Positions 49,321 through 61,093 are shown, counted from the stretch's first letter. The stretch: 64,000 nt of DNA from Schizochytrium sp. TIO01 (GCA_004764695.1 SMSO01000014.1:3157648-3221647), one strand, 5' to 3'. Translations and numbers: made by a program. Notes: generated by a model from the letters alone, not told the origin.

Positions 49321-52190
49321 ACATCACCCAGCGGATTCATTTTAAAGGCAACCTGAGGAAGAACAAAGGGGCCAGCCAGCGTCCATTGCCGTATGCTCTT
49401 GGTGGGCTGAATACGTCGATAGGACGGAAGCTTGCGAGAATGACGCCTCCGCACTTAGTCTGAAGTGAAGACTTTTTGGCAAGCAACAATCTAGTTGTAC
49501 TAGGCGCTGGAGCTCTTATGTGACGAATCATGGTTCCCAAATTCGTAAAGGCCCTTTGCGACCGAGTTTGTCTTAATCGCCTGCGCGTGGTAAACTGCAT
49601 CCGCGAACCTCTCTGGTACTAGTTGATCCCTGTGAGGCTCTGTCTATAAACTCTAAACTCAATTACAGCCTGCAAAGCTACCTGGGTAGCTAGCTAGCTA
49701 GCTAGATAATAGGTGCAAGTAGCAATTCTACCTGAAGTTGCAGTTGTTCTCATGGAATTTATCAGTCGTTTGCTTCCACAAGTTTGGTTGAATGGTTTGA
49801 GGCCACCCTACCGTTGGCTCCCTCAATGCAAAGCTTGCTTTGCATCAATCAACAATCTATAGCCAAGCACCTGGACTGAAGAAACTCTGTAAACCTGTGA
49901 TTCAGACTTACCAGCGATCCTTCATGGAGAGCGCCCTCCGATGAGTTCACAATCACAGCAGTTATGGTGAGACGAATCGCTTCCAGCACCACCTTCGGTA
50001 GCAAGCAGACTTAGGACTCTCAACTCAACCTTCTTCATCTAACTTTACTTTCGATGCAAATCATGCAATATGTCAACCACGCGAGGCTTTCTTTGAAGTA
50101 GCATGATGATGTTCGAAGTCGTCATCGTCTTCCAGTTCTGCGGTGCCTTGGCACGCTTTTCTTTTTGATGAGTGACCGCTCGGCTGAATTCTATCGTGGT
50201 GCATTTTCGTAGCTGTCCTGCAGCCATCCTTCTTTGTAGCAAAGCCGCCTTCGTGGCAGAGAAACGTAGGCGCCTATGGTCTTAAAGTGCCTCTTCTTCT
50301 GTCTTTCAATGAATGCTCTTCGCAGCCTTCTGCACTTACGGCATCATCAAGCGAGCACTAGGTACAAACTGCTAACGAAATACGTTCTCGAGTCCGTCTT
50401 GGTAGAGAGATTGTAGTATGGTTTATGTTTTCTCCCACGACAGATCAACAGTGCCACGGGTGGCTACCTGGCCATCGATTGCTGTGGCCTTTTGCATCGT
50501 GTCCTTCCCCACAATAAGACTACCTCTGCACACACCCTAGGTCCCTCCCTTCCTGGCGATTTGAAGAAGATTTGCCAACTGGCTGGGTTTATGGCATGCT
50601 GATGATGCGAGGCCGATTGACTGCGACGGCGAGTTGGCTGAGTCAGCGATGAGCGGATTTGCATGGCACGATGATAATGAGGAGGAGGAGGGAGGATCAG
50701 GAGGAGCAGCGCCGCAGATTCTACCATCTCGTGTCGGCGATTCAGCCCTTCACTCCGGAAAAAGAAATCTAAGAAGCGCTTACTTCTATACGTATTGTAT
50801 AATGACTGCTACCTCCTGCATTAAAAAGATAAAAATAGGAATAAGATATCAAACTTTGCTTGCACCATACGGATTTCTATGCATGCTTTGAAGTCCTATA
50901 CTTTTACTGAGACTGAACTAGACTAACTGCATTTATGGTATCTTGTATCGACCAATACGCACAGCCCTCTCTAGTCTATAGAGCAGCAGCAAGAACTTCA
51001 CAACTGCAATATAAAACTATACCTAATATTGCTAACTCAAGGCAACAAAAAGAAAAGAAAAATTCTCAACTATGCGGTAACTAATAACAAATTAAAAAAC
51101 TAAATAAATAAAATAATAATAGTTTTTAATAAAAATAAAAATAATAACAATGAAACTTTGAGAGTAACTCAAAAAAGTATAATTATTTTTTAAAACTAAA
51201 AAAATCGTTAGCTTTTATCCCTTTTTTGCTTCTTAAGAATTAAAATTAAAAAAATGAAGAAAACAAACAAAGTAAAAGCTCCAACACAATTTATAAAGGC
51301 TGCGTCCAAGAGTGGCCTTGCAGCCCACTTAGCAACGGAGCAATGGATTGTATGCTACACTAATATCCACACGACTCTATGCATAGCTTAAACAAACTGG
51401 CCCAGCGCCCCGCCATCATCTCATTCTACTCGCCTTTCCTTCGCTGCCCGAACCTGACATCCCTCCCTCATAAAGCAACTTCTCTATTGTTAATCAAGTC
51501 TTAGAAATCCTGTGACGCCATTGGGGGTTGTACCTTGCAGCCGCGTTCGTTTTCGTTTCACAGTTAAACTCCCCTCTTGTCCCCCCTGAACTTGCAGCAT
51601 GCATACTTCCCTTCAACCACTTTTGGGAGTTTGGGGAATAATGTAGAAGTATCTGCATTGAAAAGAGTGCTATAAGGCAGTATTCCCTCAGAGGAGAATC
51701 TTCCAGTTCGGCAGAGGAGACACTTTCTCTCATTCTCACCTCCACACCTTGAAAATCAGACCACTAAATAGCGGTCGGTTGGAGGGAAACAGACCTTTCG
51801 CTATCGGCGTTGACCTCGAGAACCTCACGCGCTCCAGCGACGCCGCTTCGCTCGCTGAGGCTTCGTCGTCGTTCGCTGGGACCTTTCGCTGAGGCTGCGC
51901 CTTGCGATTGGGCCCAGGTCACTCTAATGAAGTCTGCCTGGGCTGGCTGGCTGGTCCCGGTTTGCGCTGGCTAACGGCGGCTGCCGTGGAGGAAGTAGTG
52001 GGTACTTAATTGTTTGTTTGTTGCCTTTGTGTAGCTATAGAATTGAGGAGTTCGACGCATTGTCCTTTTCTCCGCTGCCGCTTTGATTTCTTCCCATTTC
52101 CGACATCAGATCAGCGGCAGAAAGCGCCATCACTTTAGAACTTCTCTCTGTTTCCGCTGTGGCCTCAAAGCTTTTGCGAGCGAGCTGCTC

Positions 52191-52225
52191 TACTCTACTC
52201 TACTCTACTCTACTCTACTCTACTC
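52191..52225 (+). repeat. (TACTC)7 microsatellite
   Basis: Read directly from the sequence. Confidence 0.95.
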
Positions 52226-52294
52226 CAGAGAGCGGCCGGAGGACCTTAAGGCAGACGCGAGTCCAACTTGAAAATCAAAGCGCAATGGTGCTGG

Positions 52295-52460
52295 CCAGAT
52301 TTGGAAACCACGAACCTCGTCACAATGGTCATTTCGAGTTGCTTGCCCGAAGTGGTGACGATGATGCACGTAGATAGAGGGACCTTTATCGAGACCTACT
52401 CGTGTGACGAGTTGTAGATCGCGAGGCTGAAGATTGCTTCGCGCATGTTCTCCACGGATG
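52295..52460 (+). pseudogene. decayed LRR fragment
   Basis: One frame reads TNLVTMVISSC..MMHVDRGTFIETYSCDEL*IARLKIASRMFST; an opposite-strand LRR-like piece (ALQQNASESLPP) lies just downstream. Confidence 0.45.
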
Positions 52461-54734
52461 CAGAAGCGAAGTGAGTTCTGTTTTGGCGTGGTTATAAGTA
52501 CGCTGGTTGTGCTATGGTCGATTTCTGTGGTGGATCTTGAGAGCGATGAAGGTGGCAATTGATGAGAATGGTAGCGCGGAGGCAGACTCTCGCTTGCGTT
52601 TTGCTGTAGAGCCAACCCTCTTGAATGGATTCTGAGCTAGTTAGGATGCTGTGCTTTGGAGCCGTCAGCCCAGGAGAAGAATGAGCAAAGCATAGTGCTC
52701 CAGCTAAAGCGGCATCCATGATTTGATTTTACCCAAGCGTTTGCAGCGGCGGTGCACGCTACCCTTGAGCCCGTTGCTGGTGGCAAACGTGCCTGCCTCA
52801 GGCCCACACGAAGGCAAACCTTTTCAAGATGACCAAGAGTAGTAGTAAGCTGCAAGCGAGCAAGCAGAGATTTATTCATACTGGGCCCGACGTGGGCAGG
52901 ATAGCGGCGTCCTTGCTGTCGGCATTCTGCGAAGTGGATAGATGCGAAAGAAATCGCCACTTGTTCTGTGGTTGCTTCTTCATTGCTACTGCCATTCTAT
53001 TCTCTCTGCTTGGATAAGGTTTATTTTTCAACCACGCTAAACAACAAAGTCAACTTTGAAATGAAAGGTGTTTTTTAAAAACGTTTTAAAATATTTGTTG
53101 ATCTTGTTTTATTTTACTTTATAAATTTTATAATAAAATAACATAAATGATTGATATAGATATAGTAGCAGATGGAGCAGGAGCAAGGAGTGTGCGAGAT
53201 TTTATGATGTCTTCCTACACCAAAGTCCGCGGCGACGGACTTAACGCGAGCCGAGTGGAAAAGGCCTCTGCCGGCGCTCCATTTGATCCAGCGAGGACGA
53301 TCCCGAACAGTCTCACTCAGCTTTGCTTAGTCCGTGGCTGCTGTGCCTTCGCTTTCACAGCCACTGCCTTCGATTGCTCTTGCTTTGTCTAGGAAAGAGC
53401 TGCTATCAGTAAGGTGGGTACGTGCACTTTGGGTCCGTCTCAGCGAAACCCACTTTTGACCTTCCAGTTGCTTTCATTTATATGTATATGATAGTGGTGG
53501 TTAGTGATTGCTTTGGACCCCACGTTCTGAATAGTATATCTCTCTTAGAAAAATAGAAAAGAAAAGCTTTATCTTCTCTTGTCATCGCTACTTCGAGATT
53601 AGTTTTGTTCTTCTTTCTCTGTTTAAAAGAAATGCTATACTAATAACAATCAATGGTCGTTTAGATCAATTGTAAATGTGCAGGACAGGTGAAGAGACAC
53701 ATTCTTTGTGTCATTCATGGCGAATTATATTTATACAATACTGTCGTAAATGATAGGAAGGGGCGGTAATGGTTTGGGGTATTCATTCTTATGCTAGAAG
53801 GAAGTGCCTAGTGGTCATTTCTTTTTGGATTCTGGCGAATTCACCCGTTCAATCTTGATTTTCTCACATGATGATCAAATCTCATGATGATTGATCATCA
53901 TCGTCGATTATTCGGCATCGTCACATATTTGATTTACAGTTCCTCTTCTCAGGCTGTCTACGTTTCCCGTCCTTCTGGCTTGCTTTGTATTCCTCCTTAT
54001 ACATAATTAATCTTCGCTTGATTTCCGCATGTTGGTACCCATAGTTTATGTATTTATTGATATTGATTGCTATTAGTACAGAGGCCTATAAATTAATGTT
54101 TTGGCCTTCATTTTAGACTGATCGTATCAATAGCAGGAAAACTTTCACGACAATTGAGACGATGCAAAGGAAGGCGGATCAAAGCGATGCGAAGGAAGGC
54201 GAGCTGGTCGCTCTCTGGCCTCTCGAGCCGCCAGCGAACCAATTCGATAGACTCGATTGTTCAAATCGAGGCCAACTGATTGATTGATTAATTGAACAAT
54301 TGATTGGATCGATTAACTGATGGATGGAGGGCCAAGGAAAAGTGAATGAGTGAGTGAACGAATGACTTCATTCGTCTTCTTTTTTTCTTGTTTCTCGTTT
54401 TATTTACAATAATACTTACTCTGTTTAAAAAAGTTGTTCTCTAAGTTAGTCATCTTTCATTAATTTTTTTTGCAATGTTCTTGCGGTTTGAAAGGCGCCC
54501 CGCTTGCGTAGACGCAGATGGCGCTTCTTTATTACACGACCGGGTATCACTTGGTCCCCTGAATGGGCTTTTTATATGAATCTGCAACACGTGCGATACG
54601 CGTGGTTTTATGTTATGGATATCAACTTTTCTTGCTGCCATTTTCGTTAGTTTTTCCTTTTAAGCAAGTAAACAAAATACAGCCAAAAGCAATAGTCAGT
54701 TCCCATATCATAAATGGTTTAGTGGGAGGAGAGA

Positions 54735-54780
54735 GAAAGAAAGAAAAGAAAAGAAAAGAAAAGAAAGAAAAGAAAGAAAA
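54735..54780 (+). repeat. (AAAAG)/(AAAG) purine microsatellite
   Basis: Read directly from the sequence. Confidence 0.9.
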
Positions 54781-55434
54781 GTGGGGGAAACCTGAGACTA
54801 TTTAAGTACTTCCTACTGCCTCGTGAGCGGAGCCGCCGACGCCTTCGCTCGATTTGCGCGGAAGCCTAAAGGACAGCGGCGCGAAGAGCAGCGATCCGCT
54901 CTGCGGAGCGGCCGTAAGGAACGCAGTATCCGCACTCGAAAGGGCTCCGTCTCTGGAGGAGAGGGGCCTGTGGCCTCGCTCATCAGCTCGCTCAGGCCAC
55001 CACACGAAATAAGAAAAAAAGGCAAAATACTCTGCGACAGAACCATTTATTTATTTGTTTGTTCTTTTGTTTAGTTATTGGTTATTTCTTTCACGGAGAG
55101 AAAAAGAAAGGAACGAAATAGGCAAATAATAGAGGGCGCTAAGGCGTGAACAGGAGTAATGGTAGAGGGGCGAAAGTAATTAATTGATAAAATACTACCA
55201 GGACTTTAAACTTTTTTGTGCTCTGATGAATAACTGACCAATGTTTATTCTGTTTGTTTTTGTAAGAGATTATTTGTTACTATTGCGGTACTAGGTAGGA
55301 TGTAGTAGGTGTTAGGAGAATAAATGAGAATAAATGCTGATTAAAAGGGAATGAAATAGAGTCATTGAGCAGAGAAATTGAAAACATGGAACGTGAGAGC
55401 AAAGTCATAGCTCGCTGCGTCTTCGTCGCCTCTT

Positions 55435-55464
<30 letters not shown>
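55435..55464 (+). repeat. (CCG)10 microsatellite in the promoter/5' UTR of the bHLH gene
   Basis: Read directly; about 150 nt upstream of ATG 55611. Confidence 0.9.
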
Positions 55465-55465
<1 letters not shown>

Positions 55466-55610
55466 AAGCAGCAGCCGCCTGCGGCGCCAGCGTGCCGTTG
55501 TGCCTGAGCTAGCGTTTTGGCTCGGCCTCTTCCGCTGACGCAGTCAAAACTTCCGCGTTCACGTCAGTCTAGTTCATCATTATTGCTGAGGCCGACTAAT
55601 CTCACTTACC

Positions 55611-57326
55611 ATGGATCCTCTCGACTTCGGCGAGCTCGAGGACCTCGACAAGCTCCTGATGCAGGAGGGCGCAGCTGTGTCATCCTCTTCATCCTCTCAC
55701 GCTGCGGAGGCACAGCGTGCCTGGAGGCCGCGTGGGGCCTCGTTCATGTCTGTGGGTTCACACGCTGCGCCACTCCTGGGCTCGCATGCTGGTGCTTATG
55801 ATGGTCAGATGCACTCGGGCCAGGGCCACCTGCAACACATGCAGCACCAACAACACATGCAACAGCAGCACATGCAGCACATGCAGCATCTTCAGGCCCA
55901 GGCGTACGGAAACGCTGCCCATCTTCACCATAATCTTCAACAAAATCTTCAACAAAATCAACATAGCCACGGCAACAATCCGCTTGCGCTCGACTACCAG
56001 ATTGAGTCCGAGGACAGCGACGATGGACTTCTTCGCATGACTGCTGTATCGTCTAAAAACGGAAATGCATCGGCCCTAAGAACCCCGGGGGCTTCAAGCT
56101 TTGCAATGCCAATCTCTCCGGCCTTCCACCCAGGAGCGCAATCCCCTCTGCCACCATCTCTTTCGATGCATTCTTTGCACTCGCAGACGTCTTCAAGGAT
56201 TAATGTAGGCTCTGCAAACATCCTCAACAGCAGCGCCAAATCATCTGCTACTGACTCTAATACTGAGAATGCCAAGAAATCCAACTCGGATGCGGCGAAA
56301 CGGACTGCTAGCACAGCCAGTTCTGAAGATAAAAGCATGGGTCAGGACAACGAAGACGATGACGACGACGATGCTAACAACGGAGGTGGCGCCAAAGATG
56401 GCGACAAGAATGGCAAGAGGACCGGCAAGTTTGACCGCATCCGGAAGAGTTTCAGGGAGAAACAGCGCCGTGCAGAGCACAGCGAGATCTTTACGTCTCT
56501 TGCTCGCACGCTCGGTATGAACCCAAGGCAGCAGCGTGGAGAACTCCTCCAAGCTGCTGTAAACGCACTGAACTCCTTGACGGAGGAAAACCGTATGCTG
56601 AGATCGCACATGGTCATGATGCAGGCGCGGGCGGTAGCTACCATCGAAAGCTTCACGGGAATGCCGAGCATGTATGGACATCCTGGCATGGGATCTCCTG
56701 CGGCAGCAGCGGCAGCTGCTATGTGCGGAGGACCTGGAATGCCGGGTATGGGCATGCCAGGGATGATGCCCCCAGGTTTCTTCCCAGGAGCTCCCTACGG
56801 ACAACCGCACATGGGTCAGCACGGCTTTGGCAACCCGGGCCAGCAGGGCATTAACGTGAATAAGCAACACATGCAGCAAGCTGCCAATATGAATAGTGGA
56901 AACAACAATGACTCCACAGAGCAGGTGCAGAAACGCCGCAGATTGAGCAGTGACGGCTGCTCACCTGGCGCATGTGGTACTCTCAAGCCAACTCAGACAA
57001 ACTGCCAGCAACAGCAGCAGCAAAACTCTGACCAAGCTGGGGAAATGCAACAGACGCAAGAATTTCAAAAGGCTAAATCACTTGCGCCTCGGGAATCAAA
57101 TTCTATGGGCTCACTGGTGCCACCGATGCACATGATGGCTGCTATGATGGAGCAGGAGGACAATCAGAGACAGATCAATCACACAAGCAATTTCGATACG
57201 GACGAATCGAAATCAACAAATCAAACACACGAAAGTCGCTGCCCCCCTCCTCTCTCATCGCCAAATACGTCAATGTACGAAAACGATTCAAACAGCAATA
57301 TCATCACGCATTCGCATTGCGCGTAA
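55611..57326 (+). CDS. bHLH(-ZIP) transcription factor with Q/H-rich and M/G/P-rich low-complexity regions, 571 aa
   Basis: About 56442-56612: basic region RKSFREKQRR, helix 1 AEHSEIFTSLARTL, helix 2 RGELLQAAVNALNSL, short zipper TEENRML; NLS-like KRRR; ACCATGG start context. Confidence 0.82.
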   Translation: MDPLDFGELEDLDKLLMQEGAAVSSSSSSHAAEAQRAWRPRGASFMSVGSHAAPLLGSHAGAYDGQMHSGQGHLQHMQHQQHMQQQHMQHMQHLQAQAYGNAAHLHHNLQQNLQQNQHSHGNNPLALDYQIESEDSDDGLLRMTAVSSKNGNASALRTPGASSFAMPISPAFHPGAQSPLPPSLSMHSLHSQTSSRINVGSANILNSSAKSSATDSNTENAKKSNSDAAKRTASTASSEDKSMGQDNEDDDDDDANNGGGAKDGDKNGKRTGKFDRIRKSFREKQRRAEHSEIFTSLARTLGMNPRQQRGELLQAAVNALNSLTEENRMLRSHMVMMQARAVATIESFTGMPSMYGHPGMGSPAAAAAAAMCGGPGMPGMGMPGMMPPGFFPGAPYGQPHMGQHGFGNPGQQGINVNKQHMQQAANMNSGNNNDSTEQVQKRRRLSSDGCSPGACGTLKPTQTNCQQQQQQNSDQAGEMQQTQEFQKAKSLAPRESNSMGSLVPPMHMMAAMMEQEDNQRQINHTSNFDTDESKSTNQTHESRCPPPLSSPNTSMYENDSNSNIITHSHCA

Positions 57327-57879
57327 CCTAGCTGTACTGTCTTCTCGTTTACATGTAGGTCAGCCCGCTGGCCAGCTAGCCAGTAAGCCAGCTAGGCTCC
57401 TTCTATATTTGATAGCTTTGATTGCACCGCGAGATTGCTTGGGGTGGGCACTTCCGTTTGTCTGCCTTGTAGGCGATATTCATTCCATCTATCACACTCC
57501 TTCTGTCTCGGGTGTGCTCGCTGTGTTTTTCTTACTTTTCATTTCTTCTCTTTTTCTACCTACGACGTCATCGCCAGTGCTCTCAATAAAACACCCTTGC
57601 GCTACTTCAATTGCGCTCCAAACTTGTTCTTTCGCTCACATTGTGGTCGTCTTTTGGCGAGCTCGGTCATCTTGGGAACAACTAGATTCGTTATCACCAG
57701 AAATTTGTGAACGAACACTTGTCTGCGTGTTGAACAAATGAATCTATGTGGGAGTGTTTCGCATCACTAATTTCCTTGAGATTTTGCTGCCTGGTATATA
57801 AGAACGTAGTCAAGTCTCATTGTATTTCTCTCTTTTAAAACTACAATACGCTAAGTAAAGGACTAGCCAACTTTGTCCT

Positions 57880-58230
57880 TTGTTATATCTCCTGTTAGTT
57901 TCTTTTCCCTCCTTTCCTTGTTGTTTGTTCGAAGAGTCGCCTTGGTTGTGTTTTTTGCAGATCCATCCATCTAAAGCCGTCACTTCGATTCACGAGTTGT
58001 TTGCAAATGTTGCGGACCTCACCTTTTCCAACCACGCAACTGCGATATTTAACTTCATGAGTATTAATTATTGTTGATATTGAAAATAACAATTGAATAT
58101 GCAGACCTACCTAACGTATACAGTAAAATTTCTGAACGTCAAATTTCCATCTGTGCTTTTCTCACATGCTGCCCTAATGCTAAAGACCTCTGACTTGAGT
58201 CCCCACATTATAAGTTCTCTTTATACTTAA
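57880..58230 (+). pseudogene. best-preserved decayed typical-class LRR fragment in the window
   Basis: LYLLLVSFPSFPCCLFEESPW-LCFLQIHPSKAVTSIHELFANVAD-L gives two consecutive 24-residue repeats; the same frame continues after stops as KFPSVLFSHAALMLKTSDLSPHIISSL. Confidence 0.65.
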
Positions 58231-58659
58231 GACTACTCCTATCAATCCTTTTTTTTTTTAATTGAGAAAGAAAACGTTGTAGACTGAGTATATCAGTCAT
58301 CAGCTGCAAGCTGTGCCCCAGTCTTACGAGGTGTACTTGCTTTACTACTACTTCGTTATTTTCAAAATAATATTGTTTTTTTTTAATGAATTCTTTGGTT
58401 ACGGCAGGATATGAATATGAAGGAGTCAGACGCAAGCAGCCGCTGTCATGTCAATAGCCGCCGCGTGCAGCCTTACTTTGTTGGTTGTCTAAACTAGGCA
58501 AATTTGAATATATGTCTGTAGCTATAGCTTTTCAATAAAGTGAGAACTGCTTGTTGTGATTTGTGATTTGTGTTGGTTTTGGTTTTGGTTTTGAGAGTTG
58601 TCTTTCTAAGTTGAGAGCAAATAGTAATAACCCGGTGGATCATTCATCCGCAATCCTGA

Positions 58660-60276
58660 CTACTTTTTCGAGGCACCGATGGCAGGCTGCGCCTCACGGC
58701 GCAACTCAGGAACCTTACTATCAACGATTTCATCGATGGAACGAAGGGCACGGGGAGTAACACGGGGTAAGTTTGCCACACCAAGAGTCTGCAAAGCAGA
58801 CTTGAGATGAGGACGTACACGAATCCACAAGCTCTCCACAAACTGATCGCGATCGGCCAGCTCCTTCACATACATGCGACGAAAGAGCTCGTCAAGGAAG
58901 GTATCCTCAACCATACGAGCCGCCTTCTGCTGCAAAATGTGGTTGCCCCAGAGGTAAACACCAGCTGCACCAGCAAGACTAGACGCAGAGAGGGTCAACG
59001 AGAAACCCCAGATGCTGGGCGCAAGGTAAATCGCTGCCAAAGACACCATGTTGCCACCCAGGCCAACACCGATCGAAGTCAACGTGCTCTTGCGCTTTTC
59101 AGCCTGATACTCAACTCTGATCATCTCGAGTACCTCCATGTGCATTCGCAAGAGGCGAGCAGAGTCATAAAGGTGAGTAATCATGTTGTCAATACGACGA
59201 TCCGGGGCACGCATGACCTCATCAATGACGTCCTGGCGCGTGGACTCGAGGTCTTGAAGGGAGTTCCTCCAGCTCATTTCCGGGTTGACCACATTGAACT
59301 CAATCTGCTCACGATGCTGGTCCTGAAACTTGAGCGTCTTGCCTGCATTGCCCTTGTCGGATGTCACCGGTGTGTACATGGTGTAGATTCGCGGCAAGTC
59401 CTTACGGGGAATAACCTTGGACAGGTTCCAGCAGAGCGAACCATACGCACGTGCGAAGTCATGGATTTTCTTGAACTGGTCCACCTTGTTCAAAACAATG
59501 TGGAGCTTGTGGTCCATTCCAGCAAGAGAGTTTGTCAGTACAGAGAGTGTTTCACCCGTGGTACCAGGCTTATCCGGGTCAAAGAAGAGCAAAATGACAT
59601 CTGCACGCTCCGCAAACCAGCGCGTGGTGCCCTCAAAGTCGTATCCGCGATCACTGCGAATTTTATCTGGCGAAGAGTAAGACACGCTGTCCACAGCGCT
59701 ATCGATCATTCCTGGACTGTCCACAAGCATAAGGTCGTCAATGCGAAGGTCCGAGCGGATCTTGAGGTGCGTGTGGTGAATCAAATTTGGGCCAAATGTA
59801 CGCAAACCTGCAAAACCCATGTCTGGACTTCCGACAAGCGTAGGTCCATCTTGATCCATATCCTCCCTGCCAGGTACAATAATTGTAAATCCATCATCTG
59901 TCGGTGCCACGCCAGTGTTCTGCACGCGCCGCTCAAGCACATGGTTGATGAAGCTCGACTTTCCTGAGGAGTGGTTGCCCAAGAGGAAGACAAAAGGCAG
60001 TGGCGTGCGAGCCATATTGGTCTCAAGAGGGCCATTGAATTGGTCGTTGAGCGGGGCCAAGATGCCCTTCACGATTTCGTCAGACTTGCGGTTCACATGC
60101 GCGGTGAGACCACTCTTTCCGCCTCCTGTGCCCACCTGGAGCCCATTCTGCGCTTCAGCCTCATCACTTGATGACGAAGAGGGCCACAAGCGGTAGCCGC
60201 GCAGCTGCTGCGCTAAAGGAGACGCGCGGAGCAGAAGGCCGCGAGAAAGTGCCAGGCCACGACGGTCGATAATCAT
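58660..60276 (-). CDS. dynamin-superfamily GTPase (EHD-like G domain, no EH domain) with predicted mitochondrial presequence and two C-terminal TM helices, 538 aa
   Basis: G1 GNHSSGKS, G2 TGVAPTDDGFT, G3 DSPG, G4 NKVD. Arg/Leu/Ser-rich, nearly acid-free N-terminus. Hydrophobic hairpin SIGVGLGGNMVSLAAIYLAPSIWGFSLTLSASSLAGAAGVYLW. The ORF track starts at GTG 60291; the first ATG is at 60276. Confidence 0.9.
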   Translation of the reverse strand: MIIDRRGLALSRGLLLRASPLAQQLRGYRLWPSSSSSDEAEAQNGLQVGTGGGKSGLTAHVNRKSDEIVKGILAPLNDQFNGPLETNMARTPLPFVFLLGNHSSGKSSFINHVLERRVQNTGVAPTDDGFTIIVPGREDMDQDGPTLVGSPDMGFAGLRTFGPNLIHHTHLKIRSDLRIDDLMLVDSPGMIDSAVDSVSYSSPDKIRSDRGYDFEGTTRWFAERADVILLFFDPDKPGTTGETLSVLTNSLAGMDHKLHIVLNKVDQFKKIHDFARAYGSLCWNLSKVIPRKDLPRIYTMYTPVTSDKGNAGKTLKFQDQHREQIEFNVVNPEMSWRNSLQDLESTRQDVIDEVMRAPDRRIDNMITHLYDSARLLRMHMEVLEMIRVEYQAEKRKSTLTSIGVGLGGNMVSLAAIYLAPSIWGFSLTLSASSLAGAAGVYLWGNHILQQKAARMVEDTFLDELFRRMYVKELADRDQFVESLWIRVRPHLKSALQTLGVANLPRVTPRALRSIDEIVDSKVPELRREAQPAIGASKK

Positions 60277-60385
60277 CGTGCTCGAGCGCACGCGTGGCGA
60301 GCGGGAGCCGAGAGTTTGGCTGTTTGATTGTTTGCTTTTTTCATTGCATTGCTTGCGTCAGATGATAGAGGAAGGCCTCTTGTCC

Positions 60386-60891
60386 TCAATTCAAGTGAAA
60401 TAATTTCTTACCTGTTGATTGTGACACAGAAAGTAGAGTATAGCTTTTATATTTTTTATAACCTATTGTAGGAAATTGGCCAAAAGAGATGATTTTAATG
60501 ACTAAGATTTTTGTCTCCACCGCAGATTCAGATAGAGGCTTACAAGAGCTAATAACGTTTACAGTAGGAATAAGGGTAATATCTTGTCGATAATGGAGGG
60601 AGGACATTAATGTTGCCACCAAATACAGATTGTAAAATAGCAAGCTTCTGTGCGTGGGGTGTAAAATCTGGTCTAGGACAAGAAAGAGTGAGATTTATAA
60701 AGAAAAAAAAAAAACTTGCGGAAATGGTCTGAGACTGAAGCTGGAAAAGAGAGAATGTGTAAACTGGAACAAGTACTTGGAGAAAGAATTATACGATGGA
60801 AAGTTACCAAACAGGATTTAAAAACAGTGGTTGGAGTTGAGGAACTTTCCTTGCAAGATGAGGGCAGAAAAAAAGTGGAACCTGAACTCAT
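60386..60891 (-). pseudogene. possible decayed LRR fragments
   Basis: STPTTVFKSCL, TCSSLHILSF, YNLYLVATLMSSL, KILVIKIISFGQFP. Confidence 0.3.
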
Positions 60892-61093
60892 TACTCCATC
60901 AAAATTAGAATATCAGTTGTTTCACTCACTTTGTGCGCATAGATAAATACTGTGCTCGTTCTATATTACAGCCCTGCGGCTCCTAAAACTCATGTAGTAA
61001 AACCAAGCTTAACCAATCTAGCCGCACAATAAAAATAGTTTAGAGATATTTAAACGTATATCCACTGCACATGAATGCTTACTTCAGCTGTTT

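Noticed and set aside
58807-59967. 386-aa plus-strand ORF
   Set aside because: Lies entirely antisense to the dynamin-like gene; shadow ORF with no motifs
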